Assembly: GCA_964350735.1 (NCBI GenBank)
Contig: CAYGKO010000001.1
Coordinates: forward strand, 182,578 to 246,577
Direction of reading: 5' to 3'
Source: an uncultured Candidatus Saccharibacteria bacterium
GTDB taxonomy: Bacteria > Patescibacteriota > Minisyncoccia > Phycocordibacterales > UBA918
DNA: 64,000 bases
Under the pieces are notes generated by a model. The model was not told the origin of the DNA. It saw nothing but the letters and a program-made list of their open reading frames with translations, and made no database searches. Shown one piece after another: positions 1 through 9,422 of the stretch (its first letter is position 1; each line of letters opens with the position of its first letter). The position numbers and the translations under genes are program-made.

Positions 1-113
1 ACTGTTTCACCTACAACTGATCGGGCGTGGAAGAAAAGTTCCTTGTCACCTTCAGCTGGCTTGATAAAACCAAATCCTCGATCGTCTACTACTTTAACAA
101 TTGATCCTGTCAT
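1..113 (-). CDS. cold-shock protein (5' part; runs off window edge)
   Basis: Reverse translation MTGSIVKVVDDRGFGFIKPAEGDKELFFHARSVVGET contains the RNP1 (GFGFI) and RNP2 (LFFH) motifs; absent from ORF track. Confidence 0.9.
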   Translation of the reverse strand, partial: MTGSIVKVVDDRGFGFIKPAEGDKELFFHARSVVGET

Positions 114-242
114 CTTGATATATTTTTTGTTTTGAATAAACACAAAACCTTCTTCGCCTGAACCTTCTACTTTAGCGTCGAAACACTACGTGGAGAACGA
201 GCTCCAGAGGAGAACTGCTTTGCTTACGTGCATTAAAGCACG

Positions 243-274
243 ATGAGCGGAAAACACAAGTGTTTTCCGCTCAT
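243..274. terminator. inverted repeat / likely terminator
   Basis: ATGAGCGGAAAACAC-AA-GTGTTTTCCGCTCAT directly after the stop of 279..641. Confidence 0.7.
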
Positions 275-278
275 TGTT

Positions 279-641
279 CTACTCCCTCGTGGCTAATCGT
301 ACTGAGCGTAAGGCTACTGCGTGCGCAACTGCCTGTTCGTCGGTGGGAGCAGAGAAAGTCTCATACCCATCAACGTAAAACCAGGCTTCGTCGATAGTGA
401 ACTTTTGTAACCGAATATCTACGTCGGTGGCTACATTGATTTGGCTAAATTGTTTCCCGCTAGCCGTGAGGCCAGTGATAGTACCATCATTCTGTACAGT
501 GAAACTGACGGGCATATCGTGGGTGGTGCTCCAGAGGTTATCGTTCGTGTATGTCTGCGGTACTGCGGCTTCTGCGGTTGGGAGGAAGCTTACGAATAAT
601 CCGAAGCAGAGTAGCATAACAAAGCTACCAAATGTTCTCAT
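279..641 (-). CDS. hypothetical secreted protein
   Basis: Signal-peptide-like N-terminus ending AEA; followed by a terminator. Confidence 0.7.
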   Translation of the reverse strand: MRTFGSFVMLLCFGLFVSFLPTAEAAVPQTYTNDNLWSTTHDMPVSFTVQNDGTITGLTASGKQFSQINVATDVDIRLQKFTIDEAWFYVDGYETFSAPTDEQAVAHAVALRSVRLATRE

Positions 642-755
642 GAACCCGCTCAGTATAGTCCTCCTATACTTCCTTGCAACAAAATCTCCGTATTCAAAAA
701 CAGCTTTGACGAACTGTCACCGCAGTGGCACGACCACACAAATTACAAAAAAATA

Positions 756-798
756 GGGCTGGCTACAAAAGGCGTATCACGCCTTTTGTAGCCAGCCC
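756..798. terminator. inverted repeat / likely terminator
   Basis: GGGCTGGCTACAAAAGGCGT...ACGCCTTTTGTAGCCAGCCC after the stop of 804..1244. Confidence 0.7.
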
Positions 799-803
799 GT
801 CAG

Positions 804-1244
804 TCACGGTGCTGAATCAACTTCCGTCACTTCCCCATTAATAAAGGTGAAGTGACGTAGAGATGTGTCTTCTGGTTCCCAAAGCTGTACGTAGTTTTTT
901 ATAACCCTGACTTCGTCAGTCACGGCGATCAGTACGCTCAGACGCATTTCTCTAAAGAGAGTGTCGGTGGCAATTCCATCAATACGGAAATAGCCTTCTT
1001 TCGTCAGGGCACTGGCCGGTTGATAATGAATTTCTACGCGCGCTCGGTCATTTATTGGTTGAACGATAGTGCAACGGCTGCTCCCTCCGATGGAAAGTCC
1101 GGTAGATTCAATTTCAAACCCAAATGCTGTAGCAACAACTGCACAAAATGCCGTGTCAGCTGCCTCCCAGGCTCGTTCTGCCATTCTTCGATTATTGTTT
1201 CCCGCTTCCCGCTTAAGGGCGGCTTCGTATGCCTTCCAGTTCAT
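804..1244 (-). CDS. hypothetical protein
   Basis: 146 aa ORF, GGAGGTG Shine-Dalgarno upstream, terminator downstream. Confidence 0.7.
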   Translation of the reverse strand: MNWKAYEAALKREAGNNNRRMAERAWEAADTAFCAVVATAFGFEIESTGLSIGGSSRCTIVQPINDRARVEIHYQPASALTKEGYFRIDGIATDTLFREMRLSVLIAVTDEVRVIKNYVQLWEPEDTSLRHFTFINGEVTEVDSAP

Positions 1245-1313
1245 GAGTCACCTCCCTTTTCAAATAGCAGATTGTCCTACTCGCTAATCTACCCCACTAC
1301 ACTCAAAAAGCAA

Positions 1314-1955
1314 CTAGAATTCTTTTTGTTCGTCATTTCTTAGCCGGACAAACTCAATTTCGTTCACGGTGAGCTGTGATTCAAACAGTCCATGAGTCAG
1401 TGCGATGCCGTCTTCGTTTAAAAGCCAGTCATGCACGGGGAAGGCTTTCTTTGGTTTTACTTTGAGGGCATAGTTGATAGCGTCAGCAGTCTTACACCAC
1501 GGGCCTGCGACCGGGAGAGCCAAGATAGGCACCTCTTTCCCTGGTTCGGTGTACGCATCACCGGGGTAGAACAGCTCCTCAGCAATAAAATAGCCGGTGT
1601 TTTGCACTTGTCCATATTCTTCAAAGATTTCGGCGTGTTTGCCGTCGTAGGCTTCTATTGCTACTCCGGTGTGTTCGCCTCTCTCACGCCCTTCCAGAAT
1701 CTCATACGTGACCCTAAGCTCGGTGAGTACCTTCCCTACGCTCGTATTAGTCACTACTTTCGCTTCTGGGTTCTTGGCCAGAATTGTTTCGAGTGATTCA
1801 CTGTGTAAATGATCGGCGTGCTCGTGCGTGATCAGAATAAGATCAATAGCAGTCACCTCATTTTGTGACACCGAAAACTTCCCCGGATCAGTCAAAATCC
1901 GCTTCCCCGCCACTTCTATAAGTAAACAACACTGTCCAAATTTAGTAATTTTCAT
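1314..1955 (-). CDS. MBL-fold metallo-hydrolase
   Basis: THEHADH motif, DPG, YPGD, PVH. Confidence 0.9.
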   Translation of the reverse strand: MKITKFGQCCLLIEVAGKRILTDPGKFSVSQNEVTAIDLILITHEHADHLHSESLETILAKNPEAKVVTNTSVGKVLTELRVTYEILEGRERGEHTGVAIEAYDGKHAEIFEEYGQVQNTGYFIAEELFYPGDAYTEPGKEVPILALPVAGPWCKTADAINYALKVKPKKAFPVHDWLLNEDGIALTHGLFESQLTVNEIEFVRLRNDEQKEF

Positions 1956-1957
1956 AT

Positions 1958-2401
1958 TTATGCAAAATCTTCTGGATTAAAATATGTAAGTAAGTCTTTC
2001 ATCTGACCATCTAGATCTAATGTTTTAATTTCGTCAGGGGTGAAAAATGCAATCTCAGCACACTCCTCACTCGGAGTGAAGTTGAGGTCTTTAAACGAAA
2101 CCTTATAGGCAAGAACCATAGAGTAAAACCAATCCAAGCCACGGTTGTTTGAGTATTTGTGAGGCCAGGCATAAAGGGGGTCTTTAGACATGCTAGACAC
2201 CTCGAGCCCCATTTCTTCCTGCACTTCACGGTGAAAGGCAGTTTGAATGTCTTCACCAAAGTCTAATCCCCCGCCCGGAAGCTCCCATTTCCCGCTCAGA
2301 GACTCAGCCTCGCGCATCATCAGTAACTTCCCGTCTTCTACACACATACCTTTTATTGTGACGCGATAGAAACTATCGGGGAAATGAGGTGATTGATTCA
2401 T
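1958..2401 (-). CDS. NUDIX hydrolase
   Basis: Nudix box GGGLDFGEDIQTAFHREVQEEMG. Confidence 0.92.
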   Translation of the reverse strand: MNQSPHFPDSFYRVTIKGMCVEDGKLLMMREAESLSGKWELPGGGLDFGEDIQTAFHREVQEEMGLEVSSMSKDPLYAWPHKYSNNRGLDWFYSMVLAYKVSFKDLNFTPSEECAEIAFFTPDEIKTLDLDGQMKDLLTYFNPEDFA

Positions 2402-2403
2402 GA

Positions 2404-2952
2404 TTATTTAGTCTTAGTTTCTAAATGCTGCTTTACTTTAGCTAAAGCGAGCTTGCGCATTGAGGTTTTGGTTTCACCAGCAGGGTCCATTTCACCCCAG
2501 GTTTTATCATACCCTTCAGGAATAAAAATTGGATCCCAACCAAATCCTCGTTCACCTCGAGGGGTATCTGCCACATGACCTGTAACCGAAGCATTAAATA
2601 GCTTTACTCCAGTCTCATCACAAAGCGCAAAACAAACCTGAGCGGTGCAACTTCGATTGTTATAGTCAGTAAGAAGCTGGGCTAGTCCCATATTATCTAA
2701 TGATTCTAAAAACCATTTGATCAGCGGTCCCGGTAAACCTCCCAGTGCATGGAATACTAATGACGTATCTTCAACTAAGACTGGCGTGCCAATCTGCGCG
2801 TACGCAGCTTCCGCTTTTTTGGTGGCAATCTCTTCCAGGTCGAGTGACTGAATTTCAGGAATATCGAGTTTTTGGTGTTGCACTTCGTAATCTAAGTGCA
2901 GACTGAGTTGCTTGGCTTTTTCAATATTTCCGGTAATGAAAGTGAGATTCAT
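2404..2952 (-). CDS. rdgB: non-canonical purine NTP pyrophosphatase (Ham1/ITPase family)
   Basis: TGNxxK, EIQ, VEDTSL, GLPGPLIKWF, GFGWDPIF, SxR motifs. Confidence 0.9.
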   Translation of the reverse strand: MNLTFITGNIEKAKQLSLHLDYEVQHQKLDIPEIQSLDLEEIATKKAEAAYAQIGTPVLVEDTSLVFHALGGLPGPLIKWFLESLDNMGLAQLLTDYNNRSCTAQVCFALCDETGVKLFNASVTGHVADTPRGERGFGWDPIFIPEGYDKTWGEMDPAGETKTSMRKLALAKVKQHLETKTK

Positions 2953-2971
2953 CTAGGCAGTGTATCATTTT

Positions 2972-3495
2972 CTATAAGTCTGTAGTCGACTGAATACTTG
3001 CTCGTATTGCATTCAGGGTTCCCTCTGCTGTCTGGGTAGAGGTGTCGATGACTGTAGCGCTTGGACGTTTTTTAATTTGTTCTTGAGTCAGCTGCCATAC
3101 TCGTAGTGCTAATTCCTCAGAAGCCATTACATCTTTAAAGCCCCGTTTCTTTATACGTTCAAGTAGCACTTCTTGAGGGATATTTAAAATGAATTCGTGT
3201 ACTTCTACACCAGCTATTTCACCAAGGTTTATGAAACGATCCAAAATATCATCTGGTTCAGCGAGGGTCTTATCGACAACTACGTCTCTACCAGCGTTTA
3301 AATATGCAGCCACGGCCGGTAGGGCAGCAGTATAGGTAAGTTCGATTACTGTTAATCTTTCTCCCTCCCCTTCATTTACAAGTGATCGCCACGAGTCGAT
3401 ATCAGCATAAAGACCTAAAGGAAAATCCTTATACAGTTGTTCGCGATGGTGCTTTTTCCAGCCAGCGGGCAACCATTGAGAATAATAAGTTTCAT
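2972..3495 (-). pseudogene. P-loop kinase (AAA_33-like) with a 1-nt frameshift
   Basis: MKLIILNGCPLAGKSTIA (ATG 3495) is in a different frame from the body EQLYKDFPL...; may be a sequencing indel. Confidence 0.75.
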
Positions 3496-3580
3496 ATTTT
3501 GAGTATAGAAAAAAAGAGCTGTACGTCTTTTTCTCGCGGTTCCTTTTCGTCCTTGTGTGGTAGCTGCTGTTCCGTTTTCC

Positions 3581-4045
3581 TTATTTAGGTGACACTACGG
3601 TCTGTCGGTAGGTTTCTAGGTCTGTTACTAGCGCTTTGTGGTGGCGCTTCGCTACTGCTATTGTGACAGTGCTAACAAATGGTTTAGTTGAGGACTCTGT
3701 TGTGTAGATTTCTAGTATTAAACCATCACTCAGTCCACCAATCGGGAGGTCCCATTGATGTGCTGCGATGATCTTAAGGGCCGTAATCTGTTCCCAAGGA
3801 ATAATTTTTTTGGTCCATAGGTTTTTTATAGTCAATTCGTCATTATTACCAGACACTCTTGTTCGAGGAATAGCCATAAGCCATGTTACAAGTGCTACGA
3901 TCCACCACCAAATTGCAGATGAATCTGCCGCAGTATTTGATTCAGTTGGAATAGTGATAAAAATCGCAATGATGGTTAATAAGATTGCGAGCGTAATCCA
4001 GATAAATCCTCCTCGCCAGCGAACGAATATTTTTTCTTGTTCCAT
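3581..4045 (-). CDS. membrane protein with bacterial PH-like domain
   Basis: Two TM segments, then RVxxxxDELTIKNLWxKKxIPWEQI. Confidence 0.7.
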   Translation of the reverse strand: MEQEKIFVRWRGGFIWITLAILLTIIAIFITIPTESNTAADSSAIWWWIVALVTWLMAIPRTRVSGNNDELTIKNLWTKKIIPWEQITALKIIAAHQWDLPIGGLSDGLILEIYTTESSTKPFVSTVTIAVAKRHHKALVTDLETYRQTVVSPK

Positions 4046-4118
4046 GATTCTAAGTTAGCATCATTGAGCTTGTTAAACCAGCTTTTCAATTTTGGAGTAA
4101 TTTGTGTACACTTATGTG

Positions 4119-4925
4119 ATGAAAATCTACTCGTGGAACATGAATGGGGTGCGGGCGGTGCAGAAGAAGGAGTTATTTGAGCCTTTTATTGCGAAACATG
4201 CACCCGATGTGCTCTGTATTCAGGAAACCAAGGCCCAGCCAGAGCAAGTTGAAGAGATGTTTGCTGAATTATTCCCCGAATATGAGCAATACTGGCACTC
4301 AGCGGAGAAGAAAGGCTACTCCGGGACGGCTATTTTCACTAAAATACCGCCAGAAGACGTGCTATTTGGCTTGCCAGAGGAGATCGTGAAACAATTCAAG
4401 CTTGAGGACAACTATGGCGATACCAGCAAAGAAGGTCGTGTACTGGTGGCCGAATACGAGCATTTTTACCTCTCTACCGTCTATACCCCCAATGCTAAAG
4501 ATGATCTCAGCCGGATCCCGATGCGGCAGCAGTGGGATCCAGCCTACTTGGCGTACATGAAACAACTCAAAAGTGAGAAACCAGTCGTCTTCTGCGGCGA
4601 CTTCAACGTGGCACACACTGAACTCGACCTCGCCCGACCGAAGCCGAACGTCGGGAAGAAGGGTTTCACCACCGAAGAACGAGCCGGGTTTGATGCCATG
4701 CTTGAAGCTGACTTCGTTGATTCGCTCCGAGTGAAGTATCCAGAAGTGCCCGACCTCTATACTTGGTGGAGCCACTTCGGTGGTGCGCGCGAGCGAAACG
4801 TCGGCTGGCGGATCGACTACGTGATGGTCGATACCGATCTAAAAGAGCTCATCAAGCGAGCTGAGATTCACCCAGATGTACTCGGCAGTGATCACTGCCC
4901 AGTTTCAATTGAATTGACAATTTAG
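4119..4925 (+). CDS. xth: exodeoxyribonuclease III / AP endonuclease
   Basis: SWNMNG, CIQETK, GYSGTA, GDFNVAH, GWRIDY, GSDHCP. Confidence 0.97.
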   Translation: MKIYSWNMNGVRAVQKKELFEPFIAKHAPDVLCIQETKAQPEQVEEMFAELFPEYEQYWHSAEKKGYSGTAIFTKIPPEDVLFGLPEEIVKQFKLEDNYGDTSKEGRVLVAEYEHFYLSTVYTPNAKDDLSRIPMRQQWDPAYLAYMKQLKSEKPVVFCGDFNVAHTELDLARPKPNVGKKGFTTEERAGFDAMLEADFVDSLRVKYPEVPDLYTWWSHFGGARERNVGWRIDYVMVDTDLKELIKRAEIHPDVLGSDHCPVSIELTI

Positions 4926-5044
4926 ACAATCACACGAAAACTATGAATGTCAAGTTTTAAAAGGGCTCTGTTGAGCCATTTTTTAATGTCTTTTATAAAA
5001 GACATTGTTGAAAAGTTTTCCCCAGTTATCCCCAAGCTTTGTCC

Positions 5045-5073
5045 TTTACATAACGCTATAAAGGACATAGTAT
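5045..5073 (+). promoter_or_regulatory. sigma70-type promoter for the unannotated RNA
   Basis: TTTACA-17 nt-TAGTAT, overlapped by inverted repeat TGTCCTTTA/TAAAGGACA. Confidence 0.6.
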
Positions 5074-5080
5074 ATGCGTA

Positions 5081-5549
5081 GGCCCAGAAAGGGCAAGCAG
5101 ATAACTCTGAAGTCTTGCGAAGAATCACTTCCTCGAAAGACTTCAGAGCTATCCCTTCAAGAGCACGTTCCACAACAAATTAGATACCTCCAAATCTAAA
5201 AAAACGTTCATAACATTCCCACCTTAGTGGACAAATGTGTAACGCGATGAGCCGCGAAGAGTACCGAAGTAGTAGAGCGCTTCGTTACTCCTCCCGGCTC
5301 AACGTAGAGCACGGACAGTATAAGTTAACTAAACTAATATTGTGACATAAAGTCCACAAACAAAAGTTGAGCTCCAACAAGCGGGTAAAATGCTTAAGAA
5401 GTATAAGCAACCCACATTACGGGGCTAAGTAGCTCCAAATAAGTGGGCTCACAAGAAGATAGGTAGTAGAAGAGACGCAAAGGCCTGAAGGCTCCGGCAG
5501 CAAATCACCACACCACTGATTAGCTTCCGAATCCTTCAGGCCTTTTTTT
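5081..5549 (+). ncRNA. putative large structured ncRNA of unknown family
   Basis: Promoter, successive long helices, and an intrinsic terminator with U-tract; no convincing ORF. Confidence 0.6.
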
Positions 5550-5569
5550 ATTTTGCTATACTCATAAAT

Positions 5570-6004
5570 ATGAATCAGAAATTTACCTACATTGGATCAT
5601 CCTACTTGTTCTTAATTACAGACGGGAAGATTCTTTTGCAACGTAGAGCCAATACCGGGTTTGAAGATGGGAACTACGGGGTTCCGGCTGGGCATTTAGA
5701 TGGTAACGAAACAGCAACTGAGGGCTGCATCCGAGAAATACGCGAAGAAATAGGGGTTATTTTAAATCAAGAAGATCTCAGTGTCGTCCATGTAATGCAT
5801 CGCAAAGCCGAAACAGATGAACGAATCGACTTCTTTTTCACCGCCACTAGCTATGAGGGAGAGATTATTAATGCTGAACCAAACAAATGTGATGATTTAA
5901 GTTGGTTTTTACTTGATGATCTGCCAGTAAATACGATTGATTACGTAAAAAGTGCCATTGAGCACTATAAAAACGGTGTTACGTACTCAGAGTACGGTTG
6001 GTAA
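5570..6004 (+). CDS. NUDIX hydrolase
   Basis: PAGHLDGNETATEGCIREIREEIG; EPNKCDDL. Confidence 0.92.
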   Translation: MNQKFTYIGSSYLFLITDGKILLQRRANTGFEDGNYGVPAGHLDGNETATEGCIREIREEIGVILNQEDLSVVHVMHRKAETDERIDFFFTATSYEGEIINAEPNKCDDLSWFLLDDLPVNTIDYVKSAIEHYKNGVTYSEYGW

Positions 6005-6028
6005 GCATGCCTGAGGGTTATCCCCAGT

Positions 6029-6063
6029 AAAAGGACTAACGCACACAGTGCGTTAGTCCTTTT
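6029..6063. terminator. bidirectional terminator
   Basis: AAAAGGACTAACGCAC-ACA-GTGCGTTAGTCCTTTT between convergent genes. Confidence 0.8.
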
Positions 6064-6086
6064 GTGGTTTTTGGTGTGGTCAAAGA

Positions 6087-7565
6087 CTATCCGACGCGGT
6101 GTTCACGCTCGATGGCTTTGATCTCAGCCGCTTCTTCAGCTTGCTGCTTTTCCTTCCCTTTTTCAGCCAGTGCCTGCAGCTCTGAAATATCCATAGCTAA
6201 CAACGCTTTTGTACGGTTATCCAGGTATTCCGCAGTGTTTGTACTAGGGTCTTCCAACACCTCTTCCAACAGTGCATGCAGCAGATATCCCAGTCTTTTC
6301 CCCGGCTTTTCCCCAAACTTGTCCATTATATGGTCACCATTGGTCTTAAGCATCTTGACCGAGATAGGGTCACGTAGCGCTTGGTCCACCATCGCTTTGT
6401 ACTTCCGGAAGCGAAACGGCTGTTCTTTCGGTCGCCCGGTCCCAATCCGGTCGCAGACCCGGAGATTTAGTAAGTCTTCGATATTATCTTCCCCAATCCG
6501 CACTATGGTCCGTCGGACGGCTGCGAGGGTGATTTCATCTGGATCAGCAAAAAACATGTGCCAACGAACCAGATTCTCTACTTTTTCAGCTAGTTCACGG
6601 GGCATCTTCAGACGTTTCATGATTTTGCGCGTCATACGGGCCCCTACGACCTCATGGCCAAAGAAGGTGTATTTCTTGTTCTTCCCGCCTTCCCGCCTCG
6701 TCGCTGGTTTACCAATATCATGCAGAAGGGCCGCTAGGCGCATCTCGGTCGAGAATTCTTTATCCGCCGCCCCTTGTAGGGTCCGCAGTAGGTGTTCGTA
6801 GACGTCGTAGGCGTGGATACCGCCCTGCTCGCAACCAATCGAGTCTTTAATCTCTGGCAGGATGTAGTCGATCAGCCCGAGGCGCTCTAGTAGCGCCATT
6901 CCCTGCATGGGGGTGGCAGAATTAATGATCCGGAGCCACTCAGCTTGGATACGTTCAACCGATATGCGGCTCAAAAGCTGGTTATTTCGGGTAATTGCAG
7001 CCATAGTGTCGCCCTCGATAGCGAAGTTAAGCTCGGCTGCCAAGCGAATCGCTCGCATCATACGTAAGGCATCTTCTCCGAAGCGTTCGTTCGGATCACC
7101 GACAGTTTTAAGGCGTTTTTTAGTGATATCCGCTTCCCCGTCAAACAAATCAACAATCGTTTCATCTTTAAGGCGGTACGCAACGGCATTGATGGTGAAA
7201 TCGCGGCGTTTTAGGTCTTCTTCCAGTGACACGCCAAATTGCACGCTGTCAGGCCGACGATTATCAGAGTAGCCATGTTCGGTCCGGTAGGGAGTCACTT
7301 CAATCACTTTTAGACGCTCATCTTCCGTTTCCTCATTTTTCACCCCAACGGTGCCGTAGTCATTATTACAAAAGGTCTCGTCTTCTCCCCAGAGCGCTTG
7401 GATTTGTTCAGGATGGGCATTGGTAGTGAGATCCCAGTCTTTGGGAGTCCGGCCGAGGAGTAAGTCGCGGGTACAGCCGCCAACCAAATACGCTTCAAAA
7501 CCAGCGTTTTCTAAAGTGTCAGCCACTGTTTGGACTTCGGTGGGGATTTGAGCGCGAGTAATCAT
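6087..7565 (-). CDS. cca: CCA tRNA nucleotidyltransferase with HD domain
   Basis: YLVGGCTRD..DWD, RRDFTINA, EDALRMMRAIR, LLHDIGK; start reset to ATG 7565 because the longer ORF overlaps a tRNA. Confidence 0.92.
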   Translation of the reverse strand: MITRAQIPTEVQTVADTLENAGFEAYLVGGCTRDLLLGRTPKDWDLTTNAHPEQIQALWGEDETFCNNDYGTVGVKNEETEDERLKVIEVTPYRTEHGYSDNRRPDSVQFGVSLEEDLKRRDFTINAVAYRLKDETIVDLFDGEADITKKRLKTVGDPNERFGEDALRMMRAIRLAAELNFAIEGDTMAAITRNNQLLSRISVERIQAEWLRIINSATPMQGMALLERLGLIDYILPEIKDSIGCEQGGIHAYDVYEHLLRTLQGAADKEFSTEMRLAALLHDIGKPATRREGGKNKKYTFFGHEVVGARMTRKIMKRLKMPRELAEKVENLVRWHMFFADPDEITLAAVRRTIVRIGEDNIEDLLNLRVCDRIGTGRPKEQPFRFRKYKAMVDQALRDPISVKMLKTNGDHIMDKFGEKPGKRLGYLLHALLEEVLEDPSTNTAEYLDNRTKALLAMDISELQALAEKGKEKQQAEEAAEIKAIEREHRVG

Positions 7566-7636
7566 TGGGGTAATTGTAGCAGAAAGCCGTTGCGTTTTTC
7601 TTACAAGCGACGTATAGTATTGGCCACGCAGTGATT

Positions 7637-7708
7637 GCACCTGTAGTGAAATGGATATCATAACTGACTTCGGATCAGTCGTTCCAGGTTCGAGTCCTGG
7701 CAGGTGCA
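7637..7708 (+). tRNA. tRNA-Arg(TCG)
   Basis: Cloverleaf GCACCTG/CAGGTGC, anticodon arm ACTGA-CTTCGGA-TCAGT, T loop TTCGAGT; CCA not encoded. Confidence 0.95.
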
Positions 7709-7796
7709 CAAAAGAGTCCAGACAGGGGCTAGACAACAAAATCGCTCTATTGAGCGGTTTTGTTAACTCTAAATGGGGACTAATTCGCAAAAAAGC

Positions 7797-7940
7797 TCAT
7801 GAGTCTTTAGAGGAGTCGAACTTTTTCCGATCTAGCTCTGCCATTACCTCATGGAAGCGACCAGACCGCTGTAAATCGTGGAATAGTTTAACGCAGATTT
7901 CTACGTAGCGTTCACTACATGGATGTAGGGGTTCTTTCAT
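7797..7940 (-). CDS. small hypothetical protein (47 aa)
   Basis: MKEPLHPCSERYVEICVKLFHDLQRSGRFHEVMAELDRKKFDSSKDS; AT-rich upstream. Confidence 0.4.
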   Translation of the reverse strand: MKEPLHPCSERYVEICVKLFHDLQRSGRFHEVMAELDRKKFDSSKDS

Positions 7941-8013
7941 AATTATTTGGTTATTTGGTAAGAGAAAAGGGCCGGATTTGGGTCCGGCCCTTTCGATGAT
8001 CGACTTGAACGTT

Positions 8014-8607
8014 TTATGCGTCTGCCAACTCTTTCACTGGCGCTGCACTCTTCGATGCGTTCAGTGCCTCTGTGATTGAAGTAGGAAGATCTGGATGCCC
8101 GCCGAGAACCGGACTGTTCGCCTTCTGAGCATTCACAGCGACGCTGAGGGCATGGACGTTATAGCCGTACTCGAACGCGAAGAGTAGGACACTCATCGTC
8201 AGGAGATTGCAATTGTGCGCGGCCCTCACGCGACGGCGGCGTGTCCGCTTGCGACCCGGAGAACCATACGGAAGCTCGATGCCATGTTCAGTGGCCAGTT
8301 TCCGAAACTCCGGGTAATAGGCTTTGCTGCACGCCCGACGATAGTGGTCGTAATGGCCACCAACGATGTAAACATCAGCTGGTCGCGTGTGCACCATCTT
8401 CGCCAATTCGGGCAGGTTGAAGATGAGCACGTCGCCGACGCGAACGGCTTCACGGATGTTTGCCCGACGGCGTTTGTCCATCGTGCAACTAAGGGCAAAG
8501 TCATCGACATGCGGTCGTTCATGAAGTGTGAGTGTTTCATAACCCATCACATCCTTCTGTTCAGCTCGCGGCAAGCAAGCTTCGCAATGGTTCATTCCTT
8601 GACACAT
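8014..8607 (-). CDS. hypothetical protein
   Basis: GGAGG SD before ATG 8607; terminator at 7966-7993; relatively GC-rich. Confidence 0.65.
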   Translation of the reverse strand: MCQGMNHCEACLPRAEQKDVMGYETLTLHERPHVDDFALSCTMDKRRRANIREAVRVGDVLIFNLPELAKMVHTRPADVYIVGGHYDHYRRACSKAYYPEFRKLATEHGIELPYGSPGRKRTRRRRVRAAHNCNLLTMSVLLFAFEYGYNVHALSVAVNAQKANSPVLGGHPDLPTSITEALNASKSAAPVKELADA

Positions 8608-8837
8608 GTACGTGTCCTCCTCTGTAGCCACGCACCAGTTCAAATTACTGGCACTCCATGGCATGCAGAGGACGACGTCTGTTTACTAGTAAAGCAGAAT
8701 AGTAAATATAATCAAATATTTAGATCCTGATTTTCAAGTGTACTCTGGTCAAGAATTCGATTTCTGACCCACTCCTGAGCACAGATGCAAAACGTTGCAG
8801 AGCCTTTAGCTCTGCGACGTTTTGCTATACTGAAGCT

Positions 8838-9122
8838 ATGGAATTATCTGAACGCTACCTGCAAAAGTTTGAAGCTGAAGGCTTTACTTCGGTGTATGAA
8901 TGGCAAGATCCAGCGGGGACAGTGTATGAAGAACATGCTCACCAAGGAAAAGTATCACTGTTTGTGACTGATGGCTCAGCCACTTTTGATATTGCTGGTG
9001 AAAAGAAAGAATTAGTGGCTGGTCAGCGTCTTGATGTGCCTGTAGGTGTTATACATTCAGCGGTAGTTGGTCCAGAAGGTTGGATTGTGATTGTGGGTGA
9101 AGAGATAGAGGGTGATTCGTAA
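8838..9122 (+). CDS. cupin domain protein
   Basis: HAH...VPVGVIHSA cupin motifs. Confidence 0.85.
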   Translation: MELSERYLQKFEAEGFTSVYEWQDPAGTVYEEHAHQGKVSLFVTDGSATFDIAGEKKELVAGQRLDVPVGVIHSAVVGPEGWIVIVGEEIEGDS

Positions 9123-9169
9123 AAATAAAATACGGGCGGCTGTGTAAACAGCCGCCCGATTTCGTGCAC

Positions 9170-9262
9170 TTACTTTTTTTGTTTGTTGCGGTAGTACCAG
9201 TATAGATACCAAAGTGCCGGGACTGGTACCAGTAAAAGAGCAATCAAATCGAGCGTTTGCAT
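9170..9262 (-). CDS. small single-TM protein (30 aa)
   Basis: MQTLDLIALLLVPVPALWYLYWYYRNKQKK; AAGGAGGTGA SD; terminator at 9133-9158. Confidence 0.65.
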   Translation of the reverse strand: MQTLDLIALLLVPVPALWYLYWYYRNKQKK

Positions 9263-9422
9263 TCTGTTCTTCACCTCCTTTTTTACTGAGGGTAATTTAA
9301 CCCGATCACTATTTTATTCAAAAATAACGTGTATTTATATTGAATATAACTATATTTATCAACCTATAAATATAGTCTACAAAATTATTGAACATTTAGG
9401 GTAAAAGTGCTACTGTACATAA

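Noticed and set aside
5081-5549. RNase P RNA, tmRNA, SRP RNA or group I intron
   Set aside because: No GAGGAAAGTCC P4 motif, no tRNA-like ends or TTCGA arm, no SRP domain IV motif, and no interrupted host gene; only a weak AAAGTCC match.
1314-6004. NUDIX/ITPase/xth cluster as a novel defence system
   Set aside because: Common nucleotide-sanitising and repair genes in mixed orientation, with no mobility or defence context.
7566-7790. N-terminal extension of the CCA-enzyme ORF
   Set aside because: It overlaps tRNA-Arg antisense; a promoter-proximal ATG exists at 7565. The same applies to the 16467 extension over tRNA-Pro.
7709-7940. Integrated element remnant at tRNA-Arg
   Set aside because: Only a 47-aa ORF; no integrase fragment or duplicated tRNA end was found.
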